A stretch of DNA of 47,347 bases, taken from positions 1 to 47,347 of the forward strand of contig JASVEC010000120.1 of NCBI GenBank assembly GCA_030770535.1, written 5' to 3'. The notes under the pieces are model-generated. The model made no database searches. It saw only the letters and a list, made by a program, of their open reading frames with translations, and had not been told where the DNA came from. Of the stretch, positions 37,127 through 47,347 are shown piece by piece (positions within the stretch are counted from its first letter, which is position 1; every line of letters starts with the position of its first letter). A program made the translations under genes and the position numbers. The stretch is from Batkoa obscura. Taxonomy: Eukaryota.

Positions 37127-37363
37127 CTAGTTCTAAGTTCAAAAAATATATAATAGCTTCTCCACTTTAATTTAATGCCAATGTTAAGTTCATAATAAAA
37201 TTGCATTTGAATAATAGAAATTTAGTATTTTAAAACTATTACTAAAATTTAAAACATTAAATTTAATATAAAATTGACTAAAATTTGTTATTGAATTATT
37301 TTTATGGAACAATAAATTAATAATTATCATAAAAAGATATTGCATTTCATAATATGATTATAT

Positions 37364-37455
37364 GGGGATGTATTTTTTAAGAATTTTCCTAACAATCTTT
37401 CCACTCAAATAGCGCTTAAAAAATGGAAAAAGTTATGAAATAAAAAAACATCCCT
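37364..37455. mobile_element. MITE
   Basis: Family consensus; flanks ATAT/ATAC. Confidence 0.85.
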
Positions 37456-37911
37456 ATACATAAAAATATTTGTAATTAAATTTTAATAAATAGAATAAAC
37501 GTTTATCCTTGGATTTGAGTTTAAAAATAGGAAAGTCAAATGTTAACTTTATGTAGATTTCCTTCCATAGCGCAGTAGTATGTTTTAATAGTGCAACTTT
37601 CAAAATAATTTATTCGACCTTCTCATGTTTTTGCAGTTTTTCCAGGCTAAAAAGATAAAAGAAACCCTTGGTTGCAGCAATTTTTTGAGTTTTTTTCAAT
37701 TGAAATTTATTTAAAAACAGAAAATAAATGAATGATTTCAATTCCTTAATTCTATACGTTTATAGTAATTTTCATTTGAAAAAAAATAGAGGGATTTATG
37801 GGAGAATCCAGCACCTTTTTGATATGAATGCTATGAAAATATACAAATCCTATACATCAGCAAGCTAAATAAGATTCATATCTATTTTTTAATTTAGCTA
37901 ATACAAAATGT

Positions 37912-38473
37912 AGGAGATCTTTTTTTGGTTTCATTACCTTTTCCATTTTTTAAGTACTATTGTGAAATCTGGTACTCAGGGTTTGGAGTCAAGAACAGCT
38001 ATTGCTGGGTTGACTACACTATAAGTCGAAAGGTCTTAGTTTATATGACTAAGATAGACTTGGATTATGAGGAATAGTACGTAATAGGTTACAAGCTATA
38101 TAAGACAAATATAATAGACAATATTAATGTAAAATCTATGTAAAATACTATTAAGAAAACTTAGTGGCTTTATTAAGTGTAGGAGATATCAAGGAATAAT
38201 TCAGTTAAAAGCCTCAAACTACTATACTCTATAAACTCTTTTATACTCTGAAAAGTATAAATATCAAAATGAGAAGATAATATTCTTTTGGATGGAACTA
38301 CAAATTCTCATAACAAATCAAAATAAGAACATGGAATTGATTTCCTCTGAGCTCGAGAACACAACAGCTTAGGCGATTGTTATGTTACAATTAGCCATGG
38401 GACTGACAAAGCAATATTTCACACTATTTGAGTGAAAAAATTGTTAGTAAAATTCAAGCAGAAAAACATCTTG
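37912..38473. mobile_element. MITE split by a solo LTR
   Basis: ...TTTTAAGTACTAT | LTR | CTATTTGAGTG...; termini degenerate. Confidence 0.78.
37961..38423 (-). mobile_element. Solo LTR (463 bp)
   Basis: TGTGAAAT...ATTTCACA, TSD CTAT; closest to the 21359 copy. Confidence 0.9.
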
Positions 38474-39131
38474 ATTTAATTAAATGTCAAAAATAAAAGT
38501 TGAATAACCATCAATTGTTTTTCAATGCTTTTAAAATCAAATAACTTAAATATTCTAGATTTCTCTCTTTTGCTTAATCTTGTCTTTATTATTTCCTTCC
38601 TATCTCTCTTATCTGCTTCCATCGCCACTTGAATTAATGTTAAAATAGTTTTCCTAATAATAAATGCTTGGTAACCTTTCAAGCTCTTTAAATTATCCTA
38701 AATTTAAAAACCGAAAGTTTTCATGTTTTTATTTAATGAAAGCAATGTGTTGGTGCAAAAAGTTACTCAACAAATAATAAAATTAGAGAGTACAACCTAA
38801 AGAAAACAGCGAGCTTTCTCATTACAGGATAGTTGAAGCTTCTTAAGAAGGCGTGAATTATAGAACAAGTGTGAGGTTGTTACTATTTGTCATTATGGCT
38901 AGGAAAATCCTGTATTTGAAAATTAAGTTGGATGGTCTGAAAAAAAGCAAGTTAATGGAACTAAATGTTAGATGAAGCAGTAGTTTGATGTACAATCAAA
39001 AACCTAAGACTTATAAAGTGCACACCAGCATAATGTAGGGTTTTTGAAATAGGGAGTTAAGGTGGGAAAGAATTTTCTAAATAAAATATGCAATAGATTT
39101 TTATAAATACTATTACTTATAACTAATATAT

Positions 39132-39329
39132 AGGTATGTATTTTTTAAAGAATTTTACCAATAATCTTTCTGTTCGAATAGTGCTTAGAAACGGAAAAAG
39201 TAATGAAGCCAAAAAATAATATGGGGATGTATTTTTGTGTTTAAGAATTTTACTAACAAATTTTCCGCTTAAATAGCGCTTAAAAAATGAAAGAAATAAT
39301 GATGTTAAAAAAAACACTCCCATACCCTC
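39132..39329. mobile_element. MITE with a second MITE (39223-39321) inserted in its right terminus
   Basis: Outer end CCTC resumes after the inner copy; inner flanks ATAT/ATAC. Confidence 0.78.
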
Positions 39330-41054
39330 ATACATTTATGAAGAATAAATAGACTTTGAGATTATCTTTATTGCATATTTTCACTATGAAATATTATAGT
39401 TCAAAATTAGTAATAAACTTAGTATTAGTGTTGGATTGTGATTTATACAGGACAACTTTAGTAATTAGATATCATTATTATTTAGATGTTCAAAGGATTA
39501 ACAATATAATATGATATTATTTTTTATAAAATTATAAAGCTAAATTAAAAAGTCAATTTAATTTAAATCTAATAAAGTTCAAAAAAATGCAAATAACCAT
39601 TTTAGTAAAACTATTTATTTGTAGATTATAATATAAAAATCTTGTTTAATCTCTTGTTACTTAATTTAGTTAATAGTACTACTTTTATTGAATGGTAATA
39701 AAGTAGTATATTGTAACTTCTATGTATTCAAATAATACCATTAGGTTTAGTATAGTTTATTGATGTAAATCTACAACTTATTATGATAAAACATTTTGTT
39801 ATACATACTAGAAATAAAAATAGTATAGAAATATAGAAGTACAATAAACAAACTTTCTCTTTTTGTGATAAATAAATGCTTATCATTCTAAATCTAACGA
39901 TTTTAAATTTGAAGCATTGCTATAGAAAAATAGAAAAAAATATTTTGAGTAAAAAATATTGAAATAAAATACTACATTTGTGACTCTAGAAAATAAACTA
40001 GGGGCTCAACTCTACAAATATAACATTAAGTAAGGATAACAAGATAATGGTTATTGTAAATCAAAGTTTATTTAATTTTAAAGATGAGTTCTAGTGTAGA
40101 AATTAAACCTAACTATTTTAAACTTATTTAAAATAAAACTTAGAGAGTTAACTGAAAATATCAACTATTACTAAAATTCTATTTTTAACCGAAAAGTAAA
40201 TATTACTTCATCTTAGGGGTAATCGTTTGTCTTTAAGTAACTACATCTATAATAACATTAATCTTGTTTATAACTCAAACCTTAAGCTTGATAATCTTTT
40301 GTTAATTTTGATATAGAAGTAAAGCTGGAATCGTCTCTATTATAAAGCTATAAATAATTTAATGATTAGTAAATAATGATTTATACAATACAAAGCCCTT
40401 AGTAATATTAAAATTGGTATTTTTGATTTATAAAGTGCTTTAGACATAACGTTATTATTTAATAAAATTTCAATCTAATAAAACTTTCTTTCGGTTGGAA
40501 TAATATGAGGGGTAAAATATGGAGTAAAAAAAAATATTTGTTTTTGAAAAAGTTAACTTCAATATTTGATATTTCTTGAAATTTATTAACTTCTTTTAGT
40601 AATCAATAGAGTATAATATATATCCTGAATTTAGAGATAATTGGCTATACTTTACCCTATTCCTTTAAATAGTCTTTTTACCAGGGATATAAAAATTAAA
40701 AGTTGGGTAGTAAAGATTACTTTCACAGGTTACGTCCATTTTGTTAATTTAATAGACAAATAAAATACATCAATTAATCAAATCAATGTCCTTTTATTGA
40801 GTAATAAAGTAAAACCAAGTAATTTATTATACTAATAGACACCAAATAGGATCTATTATCTCCAAGATTGTGGGGGTAATCTACCCCTGGAAGTAAGTTA
40901 AAGAAAGTAGATAATAAAAAAGTATATAAATGCAGCTCCAGTGATTAAATCAAATAAAATTATAAACTATTTATTTATTGTATATATAAGTATATATAAC
41001 CCTACTATTTATATCATTTGACTGATTTTTTTAAATAACTATAACTATATTAAA

Positions 41055-41681
41055 ATGTTGAACCCAGATCCTATTAAACCAGATCACTCTAGTGAAACTA
41101 TGATGATGAATCAAGAAGAGATGTTACAACAAGGAAACTTATATGAATTGATGGCTTTACAACAGGCTTATGATCCTATGTTTCCAGTAACAAATGAGAT
41201 GATGATGTTGAATGACCCAACCACTTTAAATTATTTAGCTATGAATAGTAATTTGGCTAACTTAGCTAACTTTAGTGAACCCTTCAATACTGAATTTTAT
41301 GAGTACAAAGGTAAAGAAGAGAAGAGTAAAGAGAATAAAAGGCGAGTTAAAATTGAAGAAGAAGATGAAGAACAGAGTAAATTAGACTCTGCTGAACTTC
41401 GTCGTAAAATACATATCCAATCGGAACAAAAACGTAGAGCTCAAATTAAAGATGGGTTTGAAGAGTTAAGAAAACAGTTGCCTAATTGCGCTAATAAGCA
41501 ATTATCAAAGGCTGCCATTTTGAATAAGACTTGTCTACATGTGCAGCAACTAAAGGCTTCTCAGTTTGTTCTATTAACTGAGATTGATCGCTTAAGGTTG
41601 GAAAATGACCATCTTCGTCAATTAAACCAGGCTTTATATCCTAAACACGCGGTTAATAACCTCTATTCTCTTAACCTTTAA
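41055..41681 (+). CDS. bHLH-leucine zipper transcription factor, paralogue of 27085-27693
   Basis: HIQSEQKRRAQIKDGF...LP...SKAAILNK and zipper RLRLEN. Confidence 0.9.
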   Translation: MLNPDPIKPDHSSETMMMNQEEMLQQGNLYELMALQQAYDPMFPVTNEMMMLNDPTTLNYLAMNSNLANLANFSEPFNTEFYEYKGKEEKSKENKRRVKIEEEDEEQSKLDSAELRRKIHIQSEQKRRAQIKDGFEELRKQLPNCANKQLSKAAILNKTCLHVQQLKASQFVLLTEIDRLRLENDHLRQLNQALYPKHAVNNLYSLNL

Positions 41682-42148
41682 ATGGCAATAAATTATGTTT
41701 AATTATTTACTTAAATGATATTGTGTACTTGGGTTTTATTGAGGCCTGGCTTATTGAAATTGTTATTACTTTATAAGTGTAGTTTAATTATGTATGAAAT
41801 AAAAAAAATAATGTTATTATTTTTATGATTTGTTAAATGTATTTTGTAAGTAAACTGCTTTGTAATTGTTTGATTTTCTTTATTGTCTATATAAGCATAA
41901 AAATACTCAAACCTAATCTGTTTTGTGACTAAGAATAATATATAATAACTTCACCTTGTTATAAATCTATTTTTTATAAATTTACTATTTAAGTTGAAAT
42001 CCAAATCTAAGTTTTTGATTTGCTAATTCCACTTTTATAAATTATCTTTGTTATTTTTGAAACTTCAATTTTATTCTATTTAAAGGTAGAAATTTAATAA
42101 AATAAAACCGAAAAAAAGTAACCAAAACAAAGATAGGATAGTTTTAAA

Positions 42149-43843
42149 ATGACCGAATACATTCCATTAACCGCAAGGAAATATGCTTCTAAACAACAGA
42201 TAACACCAGAGGTGGCCTTTTGGAAATCGTTTACAGTAAACTGATTATTTTAAACTTTAAATCTTAAAGCTTAATTTTCACTAGTCCCCAGTAATAGTAA
42301 AAGAGAATAATAGCGTAACTTCCATCCATTTCTCTCCAAATTCTCCAACAGACTTTGCGGTTACTGCTTCTACAAGAGTACAAATTTATTCCTCCAGAAC
42401 AAATTCGGTTTCAAAATCCATTTCAAGATTTACAGATACCGCTTACTCAGGAAGCTTTCGTAGCGATGGTAAGTTGGTCGTTGCTGGAGATAATTCAGGG
42501 TTGATTCAAGTAATAATTATTTTCTATTGTTGTTGTTTTATTTATTTTATTAGCTTTTTGATGTCAAATCAAGATCTGTTTTAAGAACTATGAAGGAGCA
42601 TAGAGGGTAAGTAAAATAATACCTCTTAATAATTATAATTCTGATCCACTACTTCTAGTCCAGTTAAAGTAACAAAATTCCACCCAGATAATACAAAAAT
42701 ATTGTCATGTTCAGATGACAGACTTGTAAAAGTATGGGATATTCCTAGTCAAGCTGCAATATCAACTTTTGATGACCATAATGATTATGTAAGATGTGGT
42801 ACTATTAACCCAGCCAATCCAAATGTGTATTTATCAGGTTCTTATGATAATACAGTAAAAATTTATGATGCTCGTAATCCAGCTTCATCAGCTTGTATAT
42901 TGACTCTTGATCATGGAGCACCAGTTGAAGATGTGTTGGTTTATCCAACAGGAAGCTTATTGGCTGTAGCAGGAGGACCATGCGTTAAAATTTATGATAT
43001 TATTACTGGAAGATGTTTACATAATTTAGAAAATTTCCAAAAAACAGTAACCTGTTTAGCGCTCGATGGAGAAAAAGTTAGATTACTAGCAGGTTCTTTG
43101 GATCATCATGTTAAGGTTTATGACCTTTCTGAGTATTCAATGCAACATTCAGTAAAATATCCATCTCCTGTATTATCCTTAGCCATTTCAGGTAATAACT
43201 CAACCCTTGCAGTTGGTATGGTGTCTGGTGCTTTATCTATTCGTAAACGCATCACAACTGGAACAAGCAGAAGCTCTTCAGTTGCATTTAAAGAAGAAGT
43301 AGTAACACCAGAAGTATCAGCACCAACTAAAAAAAAATCGAAAAACCCACATGATAGGTTGATAAGAGACTTCAAATATAAAGAAGCTTTAGATTCATTG
43401 TTAATGGTAGAGTTTTATAGCTTGAATTTAGTTTTTATTAATAGTAATTTTAGACACCTAATAGCAACGATTTGACTATGGAATTATTAAGAGAATTGAT
43501 CCGAAGAGGGGGTATTGAAGTAGCATTATCTGGAAGAGATGATGCTTCTCTTTTAATGTTGTTAAAATTTCTAGCTAATAATTTTAATCATGTTGAATAT
43601 CATTCTTTAATTTTGAATGTTATTATATTAACATTAGGTAAGCTAAATAGCATTCATTTAATGTAGGTTTAAATTTGTTTATTCATAGATATTTACGACA
43701 AAGTGATAACAAGCTCCAACAAGTTAAACAAAGTACTAATTCAGCTTAAAGACAAAGTTCAAAGTGAGTTGACTTTACAAAAAGAAATGGTAGCGGTATC
43801 TGGATTAGCTGAAATGGTCAAAGCTAAAGCTATGACTAAATAG
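42149..43843 (+). CDS. UTP15: U3 snoRNA-associated WD40 protein Utp15
   Basis: DFAVTASTRVQIY, FRSDGKLVVAGD, HNDYVR, HGAPVEDV, ALSGRDD; five introns (approx. 42236-42284, 42510-42553, 42607-42658, 43408-43453, 43639-43688). Confidence 0.93.
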
Positions 43844-44422
43844 AAAATAGATTTTATTGAATATAAATAAAAATTTGAAATATTTAAATAATATTAGAAA
43901 GCGTTTAATTATTAGCAGGCATTCATTTGATTATTAACATTCTAGCTGAGCTAGTTTAAATTCAATATTATATAAAAATGATTATAATATATCGAAGTAA
44001 TAGTTTGCTCACAAGCAAGTATGCACATAATTAGTTTAACTTGTTCCTTAAGTTGGTATCGTTAAATTTCGATGCTTGCCCCACTGAAAGATAATCCAAT
44101 AATCAGATTTAAAAGTTAGCTCGGGTCAGGTTTGATTGGTCGATCTAAAAACGACGCTCGTTTGGATAGATGATCGTAAATTTTAAGTTAAAATTAAGTA
44201 AGTTAAAAGTGAAAGTTTATTTTGTTTAGGTAATAGTTAGATCATGTATAACTATATAAACTAATATATTGATAGAAAGTGGTAGCAAATTAAGCAAATT
44301 AAGTAATTATTATAATATTGGTATGCGATTTGAAAGCTGGTTTTAAGTTAAGTTGGAAACTAATAAGTTGAAAATAATAAAGTATCTTATTTTTATTTTT
44401 ACTTAAATTATATTTTAAAAAA

Positions 44423-46771
44423 ATGAATTTACAGAATGATGAGATAAGTTTTAGTGAGGGAAAGGATGTCTTAAAATGTGCCAAACAAGATATAAGTATG
44501 GCTAATGACATTAAACAACAGCCTATTAAAACCATCATAAATGAAGTACAGTTCAATGACTTATTAAATGTAATGCAGTATTTACCCATTAATAATTCGT
44601 ATCAACCAAATTTGTTTAACTATGACTTTTTAAATAATACACCTAATAATAATATGAACAATAATAATAGTGATTCGCTTCAATATAACAACGATTACTG
44701 TTTTAATCCATTTATTAATGATATAAATATGAGTATGGCAATGGCTACCAATCCATTTTATAATCTTGTAAATAGTTTAACAGATACTACGAGCATTGAT
44801 TTCAATAATAATAATAATACCAGTAATATCTCTACTAATAGCATTATTGATATCGGCAGCAACAGTAACATTTTAGATACAGCTACAAACAATATAATAC
44901 ACAAAGGTAGTAATTCACCATACCAAGTAATATATTCTGGAAGTGGATTCGATTTGTTACAGATTTTAAATAAAGTAATAAATCGACCAAGCCCCTTGAT
45001 TAAATTGGGACCTGTAGATATGGACTGTGCTTTTATAGTTGTTGATGCTTTAAAGTTTGATTTTCCAATCATTTATTCTTCGCCTTCCTTTGAAAAATTA
45101 ACCGGATATGCACCCAATGAAATTCTTGGACGCAATTGTCGATTCTTACAAGCCCCTAATGGCCATGTTACTTTGGGGTCAAGAAGAAGATATACAGATA
45201 ATAATGCAGTTCATTGTATTAAATCAAGTGTTAATAATTTAAAAGAATATCAAATATCTATCTTAAATTATAAAAAAGACGGAACTCCTTTTTTGAATTT
45301 AATTAGTATTATTCCAGTTTATGAAAATGAGCGTATACGCTATTTTGTTGGATTCCAAGCGGATGTTGTAGCTAAAACTGCTATACCTTTAGGTACCAAA
45401 TATGGTTATGAGGGTGCTAATGATACTTCTGTCAATACTTACAAATTACAGCAGTATAAACAGCCAAGTGTCAACCTTAAAGAACATTTACTTGATACTT
45501 CTGTAATGAACAATTCAAGCGATGCAGATAATATAGATATCAATCAATTATTATTGGATAATTCTCCCGATTTAATTCAAGTATTAAGCATCAAAGGCAT
45601 CTTTCTATACGTTTCTACGAATAGTATTGACTTGATAGGCTATCCAAATCAACAATTAATTGGACGTCCAATATCTACTATTTGTCATCCAGCAGATTTA
45701 ATACCGTTGACGAGGGAGCTTAAAGAATGCAGTATTAATGAAAAACCCTTTTCTTTGATTTACAGAATTAAAGATGGGCGGAATAACCAATATTTGTGGA
45801 TGGAATCGGAAGGCAAATTGCATGCTGATTCAGCAAAAGGAAGAAGATGCATTATATTAAGTAGCAGGGTACGTGAATTATATCAGATACCCAAAAGTGT
45901 GATTGAAAATTACGGGGGCTTAAATGAAGAAAGTGTTTGGTTTAAATTATCTCTAAGAGGCCTTATTTTATATGTAACAAATAATTCCTATAATATACTT
46001 GGGAAGGAAAGTGAGTGCTTATTAGGCTCCTCCTTTTATCAGTTTTTTGAACCTAATTCCACCTTATTCCTTAGTAATGCCTTAGATACAATTACTAATG
46101 GAAATAATCATATAGCATGTTCTTTAGAGCATGAGTTTGTATCTAAAAAGGGGAAATTACAATTGATGAGTTATTTTTATTCCAATTCCTTTAGTAATAA
46201 AGATCAACTCCAGTTTATATTATGTCAAATTAAAGTTAAAAAGCAAGGCGAAATGGAGTTACCTGCAATGATGTTTAATAACAATGCTTATAATGAGAAT
46301 GATAGTTTGTTCCCATACTTAAATTGTACTTATTCATCGTCCTGGCAATATGAAATCCATCAACTTAGAAACGCCAATAAAAAACTTGAGGAACAGATTG
46401 AAGAGTGTTTAAGTAAAAAGCAGTCATTTAAAAAAGTAAGTTGTAGCTAATAATCGCAATAATAGACAATAATAATATCTATTTATCTAGTTGAAAACAA
46501 GCAAAAATAAGTCTCGAATCTGCCATAATTGCCATCGTACCCAATCTCCAGAATGGCGTAAAGGTCCTGATGGGCCTAAAACTCTATGTAACTCATGTGG
46601 ATTAAGTAAGTTATTTTTGTTATTTTATTTTGATATTAAATCTAGCTTTTAGAATATGCAAAATCCCAATCACCTTACAAAAGCAGATCAAGTACTTCTA
46701 CGGATACTAGTAGTAATAGTGGCCATGATTCATTTCATCCTTCTTATTCTAGTTCTTCGAATAGTCCATAA
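44423..46771 (+). CDS. wc-1: White Collar-1 type blue-light photoreceptor (LOV-PAS-PAS-GATA zinc finger)
   Basis: YSGSGFD cap, [11 protein letters not shown] motif, two further PAS domains; introns 46436-46490 and 46606-46652 add CHNC...[20 protein letters not shown]. Confidence 0.93.
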
Positions 46772-47347
46772 GAAATATTTGAGTCATATTTTGAAGTCAT
46801 TAGTGCTAAACTATTTTTAAAAATGTGTAGTTTGAGTTTATTTTGTATATTTAAGCCAAAGATTAAGCCAGAATTTTTAATTGAAATCCCATGCTTTTTA
46901 AAATATAAGATGTTCTATTTATTAAAAATTATATTATCTGTTAAGATTATTGAGTTTTTTATTTGAAATTTAATGTTTAGTCTAACAAATTTTTAGTTTT
47001 AGATATATTTGGGTAAGTTTAAAAGCTCAGTTAAAATTAAATCTTCCAATTATACTTGTACATTTAATATTAGCAATTTTTTAAGAAACTAATAAGACTG
47101 ATCAGAAAAATGTTCCAACATGTATTATTAAGCAAAAAAGTAAATCTTTTTATAGCACTTGGTTCAAATTTTGCTCAATTCTGATTTTTAGCAAAAATCG
47201 CAAATTAACACTCCAAGTTTTTAAATTAACCCATTTTTGAACCCTTGTTTTATGTTTTATAGCTTTGGGCTAGACTGATCTATTTTTAGTAATGTCATTT
47301 TGGGAAAAAAATTATTCTTGAATTTAACATTTTCAATCTCATGTTTT

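Noticed and set aside
38476..39070. 68-aa minus ORF and adjacent higher-GC sequence as a disrupted gene
   Set aside because: The ORF-track start is not ATG, no recognisable domain, and no consistent splice model
686..39329. MITE as a Tc1/mariner (TA TSD) element
   Set aside because: AAAC, ATTA and AAAT duplications show a 4-bp TSD; TA is an illusion from ATAT targets

Overview
AT-rich eukaryotic genomic DNA with short (about 42-55 nt) GT-AG introns, most consistent with an early-diverging fungus (inference from WC-1, TM9SF, HAL-kinase and P450 types). I can support 14 protein genes: a group I truncated hemoglobin, a peroxisomal-type enoyl-CoA isomerase with a frameshift, a 5-exon aftiphilin/Laa2-like gene missing from the ORF track, a 3xKH protein, TM9SF, a cytochrome P450, a repeat-built orphan protein, MAK21, two bHLH-ZIP paralogues, NOP58, a HAL/HRK1-type kinase, UTP15 and White Collar-1. 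The intergenic DNA holds an interlocking three-part mobilome. (i) Relics of a DDD cut-and-paste transposon most like Sola2, whose transposase can be largely rebuilt by combining three decayed copies. (ii) About 25 copies of a ~97-bp MITE that shares its G(G/A)G termini and makes 4-bp target duplications. (iii) Five ~445-465-bp solo LTRs (TG...CA, 4-bp TSD), four of which sit inside the MITE or the transposase. All alignments and splice models were done by eye and are unverified by database search.
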